The position numbers and the translations under genes are program-made. From an uncultured delta proteobacterium (GTDB lineage Bacteria > Myxococcota > Myxococcia > SLRQ01), in contig CAVSGM010000002.1 of assembly GCA_963727485.1 (NCBI GenBank), positions 1,184,001 through 1,248,000 of the forward strand: a stretch of 64,000 nucleotides of DNA, written 5' to 3'. Below, in pieces: positions 12,459 to 22,707 of the stretch. Below the pieces are notes generated by a model, which saw only the letters and a list, made by a program, of their open reading frames with translations, did not search any database and was not told the origin of the DNA. Every line of letters begins with the position of its first letter. The first letter of the stretch is position 1.

Positions 12459-13037
12459 ATGTTTGGATCCAAGAAGACGCCTCCGCAGCTCCCCGAGGTG
12501 AAGGGCCCCATGCACGCGGTCCTCCACACCACCGAGGGAGACATCAAGATCGAGCTCTTCGCCGACCAGGCCCCGATGACCGTGGGCAACTTCGTCGGCC
12601 TCGCCGAGGGCACCATCCCCTGGGACGACCCCATCACCGGCGAGAAGAAGGAGGGCGTGCCCTTCTACGACGGCATCAAGTTCCACCGGGTGATCCCCGA
12701 CTTCATGGTGCAGGTGGGCGATCCCAAGACCCGCGCCGACCGCCCCGACTGGGGCACCGGCGGCCCGGGCTACCGCTTCGACGACGAGTTCGCGCCGGGG
12801 CTGGCCCACGACGGACCCGGGGTGCTCTCCATGGCCAACGCGGGACCCGGGACCAACGGCTCCCAGTTCTTCATCACCGAGGTGGCCACCCCCTGGCTCG
12901 ACGGCAAGCACGCCATCTTCGGGAAGGTGGCCGAGGGGATGGACGTGGTGCGCAAGATCGCCCACGCCCCCCGGGACGGCCGGGACCGGCCGAACCAGGC
13001 CATCGAGGTCACCAAGGTCGAGATCGTCCGCGGCTGA
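12459..13037 (+). CDS. Cyclophilin-type peptidyl-prolyl cis-trans isomerase
   Basis: [47 protein letters not shown]. Confidence 0.97.
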   Translation: MFGSKKTPPQLPEVKGPMHAVLHTTEGDIKIELFADQAPMTVGNFVGLAEGTIPWDDPITGEKKEGVPFYDGIKFHRVIPDFMVQVGDPKTRADRPDWGTGGPGYRFDDEFAPGLAHDGPGVLSMANAGPGTNGSQFFITEVATPWLDGKHAIFGKVAEGMDVVRKIAHAPRDGRDRPNQAIEVTKVEIVRG

Positions 13038-13062
13038 TGGCGCGTGAGGCCGGCGGCGCCCG

Positions 13063-14490
13063 CTAGAGCGCCGTCGGCAGCCCCCACTGGGCCGGGTCGA
13101 GGATCCCGTCGGGATCGAGGAGCCGGTGGAGGCGCATGGCGAGGCGCTGGCTGCCCGGGTGCATCCTGGCCACCACCGTGCGCCCGAGCTCCCGGCTGAA
13201 CCGGTGCGGGAGGAAGCCCAGGGCCAGCACCGCCTCCAGGGCCCTCGCCTGGGCGGCGCGCAGGGGCTCGCGATCGGCGCCCGGGTCGCGGCGGATGGCG
13301 CTGACCGCGTGGAGGATGCCGTAGTGGCCGCCGTGGACCGGGCGCACCAGCACCGTGGGCATGATCCCCGCGGCGACGTAGGCGGCCTCCACCTCGTCGA
13401 CGGCGTCCACCAGCTTGGCGGTGGGCCCGTAGCACCCGAGGATGGACCAGCGCTCGCCCTCGCCCGGGTCCGCCAGGCGCAGGGGGAGATCGTCGAGGGA
13501 CTTGAGGCCCGCGGCGCCGTGGCCCAGGGCGGCGAGGGTCACCGGCTCGTCGAAGCGGCCGCCCCGGCGGGTGGCCCGGGACAGGGCCTGGCCGAGGCGC
13601 AGGCGCTTGTACTCGAGCTCGGGGCGGGTCTCGGCGGTGAGGTCGATGTGGAGGTAGGCCTCCGGCTCGCTCGGGTCCGGGCGCAGGGCCCCGCGGACCC
13701 CGAGGAGCAGCCGCGGCAGCGCCCAGGGGAGCACGCTGGCCTCCTCGAAGAGCCCCTCGCGGGTGGCGCGGATGGCCCCGGCGATGGCCACCCGGCGCGT
13801 CGACGCGGGGATCACCAGGCGCCTTTGGTAGCGCTTGCGCGGCTTGAGCGACAGCGCGATGCGGGTCACCAGGCCGGTGGCCCCGTGCCACCCGAGGAAG
13901 AGCCCGGTGAGGTCCGGCAGCGGTCCCCGGCCCCACCACCCGGTGGTCACCGAGCCCACGCCGGTGCGCACCACGTCGCCGGCGGCGCCCACCGCCTCGA
14001 CGCCGCGGAGGATCCCGGCGAGGGTCCCCTGGCCGAGGCTGGTGCCGGTGCCGATGCCGTCCATGACGATGCTCGACCACACGGTGAGCCGGCCCGGCGT
14101 GGCCAGGGTGGGCAGGGCGAGGTCGCCGCCATCCTCGAGGAGGCGGGCGTCGAGGCGCCGCCAGGTGACCCCGGGCTCGATGACCGCGTAGCGCTCCGAG
14201 TGGTCGACCTCGACCACCCGGTTCATGGGCGTGAGGTCGAGGACGACGCCCCCGCCGGCCGGGGCGGCGAGGCCGGCGGTGTCGAGGTCGCCGGAGCGGG
14301 CCAGCAGCGGCAGGTGCCGGGTGCGGGCGATGGCGAGCACCCCCTGCACCTCCTCGGTGGAGGTGACGCTGGCGACCACCACGTCCTCGAGGGCCTCGTC
14401 GGCCCGGACCCGGTCGGACCCCAAGAGGTCGACCAGGGCGGCGCGGAGCTCGGGGGTGTCGGGGCTACGGCTGCGCGTCTTCGAGGTCAT
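13063..14490 (-). CDS. FAD-binding oxidoreductase (VAO/GlcD-like)
   Basis: VVLDLTPMNRVVEVD...AVIEPGVTW, GVEAV...GDVVRTG, PDLTGLFLG..G.TGLVT, C-terminal LDPDGILDP. Confidence 0.85.
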   Translation of the reverse strand: MTSKTRSRSPDTPELRAALVDLLGSDRVRADEALEDVVVASVTSTEEVQGVLAIARTRHLPLLARSGDLDTAGLAAPAGGGVVLDLTPMNRVVEVDHSERYAVIEPGVTWRRLDARLLEDGGDLALPTLATPGRLTVWSSIVMDGIGTGTSLGQGTLAGILRGVEAVGAAGDVVRTGVGSVTTGWWGRGPLPDLTGLFLGWHGATGLVTRIALSLKPRKRYQRRLVIPASTRRVAIAGAIRATREGLFEEASVLPWALPRLLLGVRGALRPDPSEPEAYLHIDLTAETRPELEYKRLRLGQALSRATRRGGRFDEPVTLAALGHGAAGLKSLDDLPLRLADPGEGERWSILGCYGPTAKLVDAVDEVEAAYVAAGIMPTVLVRPVHGGHYGILHAVSAIRRDPGADREPLRAAQARALEAVLALGFLPHRFSRELGRTVVARMHPGSQRLAMRLHRLLDPDGILDPAQWGLPTAL

Positions 14491-14857
14491 CGTCACCGGC
14501 TTCGGCCTGGAGGAGGGGCAGGGCCCGGGCGAGGAGCAGCGGGTTCCCGGAGACGCGCAGGCGCCCCCGGAGGAGCTGCGTCGCCTTCATCTTGCCCTGG
14601 CAGACGGCGAGGAACGCCGCCAGGGTCCCGCTCCCCCGCACCGTGGCCTCCCGGAGGGGACCCTGGTCGAGGTGGACCCGGCCGCGCTCGAAGCGCATCC
14701 GACTTTCCATCCCCCCGGCCGCCAGCCCCACCGTGCCCTTGAGCTTGTCCGCGCGCTTCTGCCCCGCCGGGGTCCCGAGGCTCTCCTCGAGCCGGTCCCG
14801 GATGAGGAGCGAGAGCAGGTGGAGGTGCTCGGCCGGCTCGGTGGTGAGGCGAACCAT
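14465..14857 (-). CDS. SCP2 sterol/lipid-binding domain protein
   Basis: ATVRGSGTLAAFLAVCQG...LLRGRLRVSGNPLLL resembles the SCP2 C-terminus; overlaps the start of the oxidoreductase. Confidence 0.65.
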   Translation of the reverse strand: MVRLTTEPAEHLHLLSLLIRDRLEESLGTPAGQKRADKLKGTVGLAAGGMESRMRFERGRVHLDQGPLREATVRGSGTLAAFLAVCQGKMKATQLLRGRLRVSGNPLLLARALPLLQAEAGDDDLEDAQP

Positions 14858-14961
14858 CGGCACACGGTTATAGCCTTGGCGTCACGTCCGGGCCACGCCT
14901 TTCCGGTTGCCCGCCTCGGGGGAGGTCGTAGGATGTACGACCCCTGCCCGGGAGCCTCCCC

Positions 14962-15426
14962 ATGCACCGCTTCGACAAGCACGACCTCTCCGGCGCCCCG
15001 ACGAGCCACTTCACCCACGCCGCCCGCGCCCGGTTCCAGGACATCGACGCCGCGGGCATCGTGTTCTACGCGCGGATCCTGGTGTGGTGCCACGACGCCT
15101 GGTTCGCCTTCCTCGAGCACCAGGGCATCGACATGCCCGCGGTGCTGGCGTCGGCGCCGGTGATCTCGCCCATGGCCCACGCCGAGGCCGACTACTTCCG
15201 CCCGGTGCGCTTCGGGGACCGGGTGGCGGTGGAGCTGGTGGCCGCCCACCTCGACGGCGCCGAGCTGGCGCTGGGATTCCGGCTGCGCCGGGCCACGGAC
15301 GCGGGCGACGGGGAGATCATCGCCGTGGCCCAGCAGGCGCACCTCTTCGTGGACCGGGCGCGCTTCGCCCGCACCGACGCCCCGGCCGAGTTCGTGGCGC
15401 ACCTCGGGCCGCTCCTCGGCGGCTGA
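14962..15426 (+). CDS. Acyl-CoA thioesterase (4HBT hot-dog fold)
   Basis: RFQDIDAAGIVFYAR...AEADYFRPVRFGD. Confidence 0.9.
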   Translation: MHRFDKHDLSGAPTSHFTHAARARFQDIDAAGIVFYARILVWCHDAWFAFLEHQGIDMPAVLASAPVISPMAHAEADYFRPVRFGDRVAVELVAAHLDGAELALGFRLRRATDAGDGEIIAVAQQAHLFVDRARFARTDAPAEFVAHLGPLLGG

Positions 15427-15598
15427 CAACGCCGCAGCTCGCGGTCCTCGCCGGCTCACGGCGCGGCCTCCCCGGCCGTGACCGGCGCCGGTGGTGTGCC
15501 CGGTTGTAGGTCCGGGTCCCACAGTGCCCGGTCCCATCGCCTGCCGTAGCGTAGCCGGCAGTGACCGCCGCCGCGGCCCCCGACCCGGAGCGCCCCCG

Positions 15599-16171
15599 AT
15601 GCCCCATCGCCCGTCCATCTTCCCCTGCACCGCCGATCGCTGGGACGACCTGGAGACCCTCTTCGGCCCCCGGGGCGCCTGCGCCGGCTGCTGGTGCATG
15701 TGGTGGCGCGTCGACCGGAAGACCTGGAACGCCGGCAAGGGCGAGGGCAACCGCGCCGCCTTCCGCGCGGTGGTCGAGGGCGGCGCGGTCCCGGGCCTGA
15801 TCGCCTACGACGGAGAGGCGCCGGTGGGCTGGGTGGCGCTCGCGCCCCGGGACGACTACCCGCGCCTCGACCGCTCCCGGAACCTCGCCCGGGTCGACGA
15901 CGCCGAGGTGTGGTCGGTGAGCTGCTTCTTCGTGAAGCGCAGCCACCGGGGCCAGGGCCTCACCGGGCGGCTCCTCGAGGCGGCCCTCGACCACGTGCGC
16001 GAGAACGGCGGGCGCCTGGTGGAGGCCTACCCGGTGGATCCCGCGGGGCGCGCCGGCGACGCCTTCGTCTACACCGGCCTCCTCTCGACCTTCACCCGCG
16101 CCGGGTTCCGGGAGGTGGCGCGGCGGTCGCCGACCCGCCCGGTGATGCGCAAGGAGGTCCGACCCCGGTGA
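15599..16171 (+). CDS. GNAT family N-acetyltransferase
   Basis: RWDDLETLFGPRGACAGCWCMWWR, VWSVSCFFV..SHRGQG, VEAYP, AGFREV. Confidence 0.92.
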   Translation: MPHRPSIFPCTADRWDDLETLFGPRGACAGCWCMWWRVDRKTWNAGKGEGNRAAFRAVVEGGAVPGLIAYDGEAPVGWVALAPRDDYPRLDRSRNLARVDDAEVWSVSCFFVKRSHRGQGLTGRLLEAALDHVRENGGRLVEAYPVDPAGRAGDAFVYTGLLSTFTRAGFREVARRSPTRPVMRKEVRPR

Positions 16172-16190
16172 GCCGGGGACGGAGGCACGG

Positions 16191-16556
16191 ATGCACCGGA
16201 CGCTCCACCTGGGGGTGCCGCTGCTCGCCGCCTCCGCGGCGATCACGACCGCCGCCGTCCTCCTCGCCCCCGGCCTCGCCCACCGCTACCGGGACGCCCG
16301 GATCCGCGCCCACGGCGTCCCGGTCCCGGCGGTGATCACCGCGGTGGCCGACGACGGCACCCGCGTCGACGGGAACCCCGAGCTGCGGATCACCGTCCGC
16401 GTCCTCCGCCCGGACGGCCGGCGGACCCTCGCAAGGCTCCGGGCCGTGGTCCCCACCGCCGTCGCCACCGACCTCGCCGCCGGGGAGGTGCTCCGGGTGC
16501 GCTTCGATGCCGACTACCCCGAGCGCGTGGTTCTCGACCGGCCGCCGGCCCGGTAG
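16191..16556 (+). CDS. Membrane-anchored small beta protein (DUF3592-like)
   Basis: TM helix, then GVPVPAVITAVADDGTRVDGNPEL...GEVLRVRFDADYPERV. Confidence 0.65.
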   Translation: MHRTLHLGVPLLAASAAITTAAVLLAPGLAHRYRDARIRAHGVPVPAVITAVADDGTRVDGNPELRITVRVLRPDGRRTLARLRAVVPTAVATDLAAGEVLRVRFDADYPERVVLDRPPAR

Positions 16557-16565
16557 GATGCGACG

Positions 16566-16847
16566 ATGGCCAAGAAGTCGAAGACGGGGACCTTCGTGAT
16601 CTTCGCGCTCCCCCTGGTGGTCGCGGCGACCGCGGTGGTCAAGGCCATCCACGACACCGGGACCCGGGTGAACGACAACCCCGAGGTCGAGCTCACCCTC
16701 GAGGTGCAGCGCCAGGGCGCCCAGCCCTACACCGCCACGGTCACGACGGTGGTCTCGGTGGTGAACCTCCCGAGCCTCCAGCCGGGGAAGACGGTCAAGG
16801 TGCGGTACGACCCGAAGCACCCGTCCAAGGTCGCCCTCGACGACTAG
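16566..16847 (+). CDS. Paralogue of the preceding DUF3592-like protein
   Basis: IHDTGTRVNDNPEVELTLEV...LQPGKTVKVRYDPKHPSKV. Confidence 0.7.
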   Translation: MAKKSKTGTFVIFALPLVVAATAVVKAIHDTGTRVNDNPEVELTLEVQRQGAQPYTATVTTVVSVVNLPSLQPGKTVKVRYDPKHPSKVALDD

Positions 16848-18210
16848 GGCGCCCCGCCGGGCCCGGGCGGCGTCCCGGGCTCGGGCTCGCCGGCGAGGGC
16901 CGCCACCGCCCTCCGGTCGACCTTCCCCGAGGGGCCGGTGGGCAGCGCGTCGACGAGGCGTACCCGGCGGGGCCGGGCGTGGGGGGCGAGGCGCTCGGCG
17001 GCCCAGGCGAGCAGGGCCTCGGGATTGGGATCCCCGCCGCCGCGGGGCACCACCAGCGCCGCCACCGTCTGGCCCCAGGTGTCGTCGGGGACCCCGAAGA
17101 CGCAGACCGCGGCGACCTGCGGGTGGCCGGCGAGGACCGACTCCACCGCCAGGGGATCGACGTTCTCCCCGCCGGTGACGATGCGGTCCACCCGGCGGCC
17201 GAGGACGTGGAGGTTCCCGGCGGCGTCGAGGCGGCCGTGGTCGCCGGTCTCGAGCCAGCCGTCCTCGGTGAACGGCTCGGGGAAGGCGCCCTCGGGGTAG
17301 TAGCCGCGCATCACCGCCGGGGTCCGCACCTCGATCCGGTCGCCGCCGGCGAGGCGCACCCGGACGCCCGGGAGCGGCGGGCCGGCGCCCACCTCGGCGG
17401 ACGGCGGCGTCCCCACGGGCGCGGTGGTCACCTGGGAGCAGCACTCGGTGAGGCCATAGGTGGTCAGGGCCGGGACCCCGGCCGCCCGGGCGCGGTCGAG
17501 GAGCGCCGGCGGGCACCCGGCGCCCCCGAGGAGCACCGCCCGGAGATGCGCAGGCGGTCGCCACCCGCCGTCGAGGAGGCGGGCGAGCATGGTGGGCACC
17601 AGGCTCGCCAGGGTCGCCCGATGCGCCGCGACGGCCTCGGCGAAGGCGCCGGCGTCGAAGCCCGGCTGGAGGATCACCGGGCGACCGGCGAGGAGGCACC
17701 GGGTGACCACCGAGATCCCGCCCACGTGGGCGAGCGGCATGGCGAGGATCCACCGGTCGTCGTCCGCCCACCCGAGGTTCGCCTGGCTCAGGGCGGCGCT
17801 GGCGAGGAAGGCCTCGCGCCCGAGCATCACCCCCTTGGGCTCGCCGGTGGTGCCCGAGGTAGGGACGATGCAGGCGAGGCCCTCGGGGCACCGCGAGGTC
17901 GCCCCAGCGCTCGAGGAGCGCCGCCGCGGTCGGCCGCGGGCCACCTCGGGTGCAGGGGCACGAAGGGGCTGCGGAAGTGGAGCGCCCGGTGGATCGCGAG
18001 GAAGACCTCGGGGGTGCCCTCGGCGAGGAGCGGGTGGGCGTGGGTGGCGTCGCCCGGGGGCGGGCCCGCGGCGGCGATGCGGGCCGCGAGCTCGGCGAAG
18101 GTCCACCTCGCGCCGTCGGCGAGAAGCGCCAGGGCCGACGGGTCGCGGTCGGCGGCGGCGGCCACGTCGAGGGCCGCGTCCGGGGGCACCTTGATCTCCG
18201 CGGGGTCCAC
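16844..18210 (-). CDS. AMP-binding enzyme, o-succinylbenzoate-CoA ligase-like; frameshift near 17900
   Basis: TSGTTGEPKG, YGLTE, DGWLETGD.G, GGENVDP, GPSGKVDR. The N-terminus (VDPAEI...WTFAEL...FVPLHPRWP) is in another frame. Confidence 0.85.
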
Positions 18211-18286
18211 GGCGCGGGAGCATAACCCGCCCCCGGCCCCGGGCACCCGCTTGCCGACCCGGCCGCCGCGCCGCTAGGCTTCCGCC

Positions 18287-18904
18287 ATGCGCCGCCTCGT
18301 CGCCTATGCCTGCACCGCCTGCCTCGCCCTGGGCCCCCTCGCCCTCACCGGGTGCGGGAGCATGTCGGCGGTCTACGGGGCGTCGACGGACGGGGGCGAC
18401 GGCGGACCGGGCACCCTCGGGGACGGCGGGCCCGGCGACACCGACGGCGGCCCCGTCTTCTTCGACGGAGGCACGAACCCCGACGGCGGCGCGGGCGACG
18501 GCGGCATCCTCGGCGCCACCGACCTCACCTTCTCCATCGCCGAGCCGTCGTGCGCCCCCGACGGCAGCGCCGCCTTCGAGCTCACCCTCACCCCCAAGCA
18601 CCTCGCCTGCCGCGACAAGGCCCAGGCCTCGGGGATGGACCGCGTGGTCCTCGATATCTGGAGCTTCCCCTTCGGCCCCGAGACCGTCCGCTTCGGCCCG
18701 GACCTCCCGGCCAACGGCCAGGGGATCTGGTGCCACGGCCCGAGCCTCGTCTGCGAGACCGCGGTGAGCGGCAAGATCGTCCTCACCGACTGGCCCGGGC
18801 GCCCGGGGCCGGTGGGCAGCTTCCTGTTGACCTTCCAGGACGGGACAAGGCTCGCCGGCGGCTTCGGCGCCGACTGGTGCATGCACCCGGTGCCCTGCCG
18901 CTAG
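18287..18904 (+). CDS. Hypothetical lipoprotein with DGG linker and Cys-rich C-terminal domain
   Basis: Lipobox LTGC; repeated DGG; several Cys; ends [13 protein letters not shown]. Confidence 0.75.
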   Translation: MRRLVAYACTACLALGPLALTGCGSMSAVYGASTDGGDGGPGTLGDGGPGDTDGGPVFFDGGTNPDGGAGDGGILGATDLTFSIAEPSCAPDGSAAFELTLTPKHLACRDKAQASGMDRVVLDIWSFPFGPETVRFGPDLPANGQGIWCHGPSLVCETAVSGKIVLTDWPGRPGPVGSFLLTFQDGTRLAGGFGADWCMHPVPCR

Positions 18905-20700
18905 AGCCAGGCGGGATCGAGCTCGGCGTAGCTGGCGCCGCCCCGGCAGCGCTCGGCGAGCACCGGCACCCGGGGGAGCTCGGTCTCGAACCAGTAGCGG
19001 GCGCCCTGGACGGTCCCCCGGTGACGATCGGCGTCGCCCTGGCCCGCGGCGAGGCACTCGGTGGCGGCGGCGGCCATGGCGAGGTGCTGCCAGGCCACGG
19101 TGACCACCGAGAAGAGCACCAGGAAGTCGGCGCTGGCGCGGAGCATGCCTTCGAGGTCGCCCCCGGCCCCGCGGGCGCCGAGCTCGGCGGTGAGCGCGCC
19201 CACCGTCGCCACGGCCCGGGCGAGCGCCTGGGGGTCGGGGTCGGGGATGCCGGCGGCCTCGGCCCGGGCCACCGTCTCGCCCACCGCCTCGCCGAGGGCC
19301 ATCAGCGCCTGACCGCCCTCGGCGACCACCTTGCGGCCAAGCAGGTCGAGGCCCTGGATCCCGGTGGTCCCCTCGTGGAGGCTGTTGAGCTTCTGGTCCC
19401 GGAGCCAGGCCTCGGGGAGGTACTCGGTGGTGTAGCCGTAGCCGCCGTGGACCTGCACCGCGAGGGTGTTCGCCTCGAAGCCGAACTCGGCGGGGAAGCT
19501 CTTGGCCACCGGGGTGAGCAGGTCGAGCAGGCGCCGCGCCCGGGTGCGCACCGCGTCGTCCTCCGCGTGCTCGGCGAGGTCCGCCTGCAGCGCGGTGGTG
19601 GCGATGAGGCACAGGCCCCCCTCGACGATGGCCTTCTGGCGCAGGAGCATCCGGCGGACGTCGGCGTGGGCGGTGAGCGGCACCGGGGGCGTGGTGGGGT
19701 CGCGCACCCCCAGCGGCCGGCCCTGGGTGCGCTCGGCGGCGTAGGCCACCGACTCGTGGTAGGCCGCCGAGGCGCTGGCCACCCCGCCGGTCCCCACCAG
19801 GAGCCGGGCCTCGTTCATCATCTGGAACATCTGCTTGAGCCCGGCCCCCGCCTCGCCCACGAGGAAGCCGTGGCAGTCGCCGCGCTCCCCGAAGGCGAGC
19901 GCCACGCTGGGCAGCCCCTTCCACCCGATCTTGTGGATGAGGCCGGTGACCGCCACGTCGTTGTCCACCAGGCCGTCGCCCTCGGGGCGGCGCCTCGGGA
20001 CCACGAAGAGGCTGATGCCCTTGGTCCCGGCGGGCGCCCCGTCGATCCGGGCCAGCACCAGGTGGACCACGTTGTCGGTGACGTCCTGGTCGCCGCCGGA
20101 GATGAAGATCTTGGCGCCGCGGATCCGGTAGCCGCCGTCCTCCGCCGGGGTGGCGCCGGTGGTGACGTCGGAAAGCGAGCTGCCCGCCTGGGGCTCGGTG
20201 AGCGCCATGGTCCCGGTCCACTCGCCGGCGTACATCTTGGCCATGTAGGTGCCCTTGAGGGCGTCGCTCCCGAAGCGCTCGATGAGGTGCGCCGCCCCGG
20301 TGGTCAGCCCCAGGTAGCCGGTGACCGCGAGGTTCGCGGCCATGGGGTAGATCGACGCCACGGTGCCCACCACCAGGGGCAGCTGGGCGCCGCCCACCTC
20401 GGCGGGGCGGGTGGCGTTGAGCACCCCGAGGTCGATGAGCTCGGGGAGGAGCTCCCGGAGCAGGGGGTGGACGTGGACCTGGCCGTCCTCGAGGCGCGGG
20501 GGCACGTCGTCGAGGGTGCGGTAGCTGTCGAAGAGCCGGGTCCGGGCGAAGCGCCGCACGGTGGCGAGGTAGCCGTCGAGGGTCTCCCAATCGTGGTCGG
20601 CGAAGTACGGCAGGGCGCAGAGGCGCTCGACCGCGAGGACCTCGTGGAGGACGAAGTCGACGAGGCGGTCGTCGACCAGGGGGTTGGGCCGGTGGTCCAT
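18901..20700 (-). CDS. Acyl-CoA dehydrogenase
   Basis: [55 protein letters not shown]. Confidence 0.96.
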   Translation of the reverse strand: MDHRPNPLVDDRLVDFVLHEVLAVERLCALPYFADHDWETLDGYLATVRRFARTRLFDSYRTLDDVPPRLEDGQVHVHPLLRELLPELIDLGVLNATRPAEVGGAQLPLVVGTVASIYPMAANLAVTGYLGLTTGAAHLIERFGSDALKGTYMAKMYAGEWTGTMALTEPQAGSSLSDVTTGATPAEDGGYRIRGAKIFISGGDQDVTDNVVHLVLARIDGAPAGTKGISLFVVPRRRPEGDGLVDNDVAVTGLIHKIGWKGLPSVALAFGERGDCHGFLVGEAGAGLKQMFQMMNEARLLVGTGGVASASAAYHESVAYAAERTQGRPLGVRDPTTPPVPLTAHADVRRMLLRQKAIVEGGLCLIATTALQADLAEHAEDDAVRTRARRLLDLLTPVAKSFPAEFGFEANTLAVQVHGGYGYTTEYLPEAWLRDQKLNSLHEGTTGIQGLDLLGRKVVAEGGQALMALGEAVGETVARAEAAGIPDPDPQALARAVATVGALTAELGARGAGGDLEGMLRASADFLVLFSVVTVAWQHLAMAAAATECLAAGQGDADRHRGTVQGARYWFETELPRVPVLAERCRGGASYAELDPAWL

Positions 20701-20701
20701 G

Positions 20702-22600
20702 TCAGCTCCGCGGGTAGCCGAGGTGGGTGAGGGCGCCGCCGATCTCGTCGAGGGCGGCGGGGTCGTCGATGGTCGCGGGCATCTTCCACTCGGAGCCGTC
20801 GGCGATCTTCTTCATGGTCCCGCGCAGGACCTTCCCCGAGCGGGTCTTGGGCAGGCGGTCGACCACGGTGGCGGTCTTGAAGGCGGCGACGGGCCCGATG
20901 CGGTCGCGGACCATCTTCACCACCTCGGCGACCACCTCCTCGCTCGGGCGGCCGCACCCGGCGTTGAGCACCAGGAAGCCCACGGGCACCTGGCCCTTGA
21001 GGGCGTCGGCGACGCCGATGACCGCGCACTCGGCGACCTCGGGGTGGTCGGCGAGGACCTCCTCCATGGCGCCGGTGGAGAGCCTGTGGCCGGCGACGTT
21101 GATCACGTCGTCGGTGCGGGTCATCACGAACACGTAGCCCTCGTCGTCGATGTACCCGGCGTCGCCGGTCTTGTAGTAGCCGGGGAAGTCGGCGAGGTAG
21201 GCGTCGACGAAGCGCTCCTCGGCGTGCCACAGGGTCGGCAGGGTCCCCGGTGGCAGGGGCAGCTTGGCCACCAGGGCCCCGATGTCACCGGGGGCCACCG
21301 GCTTCTTGTCGAAGCCGAGGACCTCGAGCTGCCACCCGGGGACCGGCTTGGTCGCCGACCCGGGCTTCACCGGCAGCAGGCCCAGGCCCGCGCAGTTGGC
21401 GCAGATGGCCCACCCGGTCTCGGTCTGCCACCAGTGGTCGATGACCGGGACCTCCAGGTGGCGCTCGGCCCAGCCGATGGTGTCGGGGTCGGCGCGCTCG
21501 CCGGCGAGGAAGAGGTACTTCAGCGACGAGAGGTCGTAGTCGGCGAGGAGCTCGCCCTTGGGGTCCTCGCGCTTGATCGCCCGGAACGCGGTGGGCGCGG
21601 TGAACAGGGCCTTCACCTTGTGCTCGGCGATGACCCGCCAGTAGGTCCCGGCGTCGGGCGTCCCCACCGGCTTGCCCTCGAAGAGCACGGTGGTGTTCCC
21701 GTGGAGCAGCGGGCCGTAGACGATGTACGAGTGGCCCACGACCCAGCCCACGTCCGAGGCGGCCCAGTACACCTCGCCCGGGTCGACGCCGTAGACGTGC
21801 TTCATCGACCAGTTCAGGGCCACCATGTGGCCGCCGTGGTCGCGGACGATGCCCTTGGGCTGCCCGGTGGTCCCCGAGGTGTACAGGATGTACAGCGGGT
21901 CGGTGGCGGCGACGGGGACGCAGTCGTGGGGCTCGGCCTTCGCCATGGCCTCCTGCCAGTCGAGGTCCCGGCCGGGCACCAGATCCGCCTCGAGCTCGGG
22001 GCGCTGGAGGACGACGCAGTGGGAGACCTCGTGGCGGGCGAGGGTGAGCGCCGCGTCGAGCAGCGGCTTGTAGGCGACGACACGGCTGGGCTCGACGCCG
22101 CAGGAGGCGCTGACCACCACCTTGGGCCGGGCGTCGTCGACGCGGGTGGCCAGCTCGGCGGCGGCGAAGCCCCCGAAGACCACCGAGTGGATGGCGCCCA
22201 GGCGCGCGCAGGCGAGCATGGCGACGACCGCCTCGGGGACCATGGGCATGTAGACGATGACCCGGTCGCCCTTCGCCACGCCGAGGCCGTGGAGGACCCC
22301 GGCGAAGCGGGCGACCTCGTCGCGCAGGGCCCGGTAGGTGTAGCTGCGCTTGTGGCCGGTGACCGGCGAGTCGTAGATGAGCGCCGGCTGGTCGGCGCGG
22401 CCGCCGTCGACGTGGCGATCGAGGGCGTTGAAGCAGGTGTTGGTGACGCCGCCGGCGAACCACCGGTAGAAGGGCGCCTTGCTGTCGTCGAGGACCCGGT
22501 CCCAGCGCTGGTCCCAGTGGAGCGCCTCGGCGGCCTCGGCCCAGAAGCCGGTGGGGTCCTGGATGGAGCGGGCGTAGACCTCGTCGTAGCGGTTGGGCAT
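20702..22600 (-). CDS. prpE: Propionyl-CoA synthetase
   Basis: LYILYTSGTTGQPKG, DHWWQTETGW, RTDDVINVAGHRLSTG, LPKTRSGK; start MPNRYDEVY. Confidence 0.88.
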   Translation of the reverse strand: MPNRYDEVYARSIQDPTGFWAEAAEALHWDQRWDRVLDDSKAPFYRWFAGGVTNTCFNALDRHVDGGRADQPALIYDSPVTGHKRSYTYRALRDEVARFAGVLHGLGVAKGDRVIVYMPMVPEAVVAMLACARLGAIHSVVFGGFAAAELATRVDDARPKVVVSASCGVEPSRVVAYKPLLDAALTLARHEVSHCVVLQRPELEADLVPGRDLDWQEAMAKAEPHDCVPVAATDPLYILYTSGTTGQPKGIVRDHGGHMVALNWSMKHVYGVDPGEVYWAASDVGWVVGHSYIVYGPLLHGNTTVLFEGKPVGTPDAGTYWRVIAEHKVKALFTAPTAFRAIKREDPKGELLADYDLSSLKYLFLAGERADPDTIGWAERHLEVPVIDHWWQTETGWAICANCAGLGLLPVKPGSATKPVPGWQLEVLGFDKKPVAPGDIGALVAKLPLPPGTLPTLWHAEERFVDAYLADFPGYYKTGDAGYIDDEGYVFVMTRTDDVINVAGHRLSTGAMEEVLADHPEVAECAVIGVADALKGQVPVGFLVLNAGCGRPSEEVVAEVVKMVRDRIGPVAAFKTATVVDRLPKTRSGKVLRGTMKKIADGSEWKMPATIDDPAALDEIGGALTHLGYPRS

Positions 22601-22707
22601 GGCAGTCTCCGGGGGCGTGGGGCGGCGCCGGCCCTCGGCACCTCCCTGCAAGGTTGATCACCGAGAGCCGCCGGGCAACGGCCCGTGGGCCGGGGCCTGC
22701 CGCCGGG

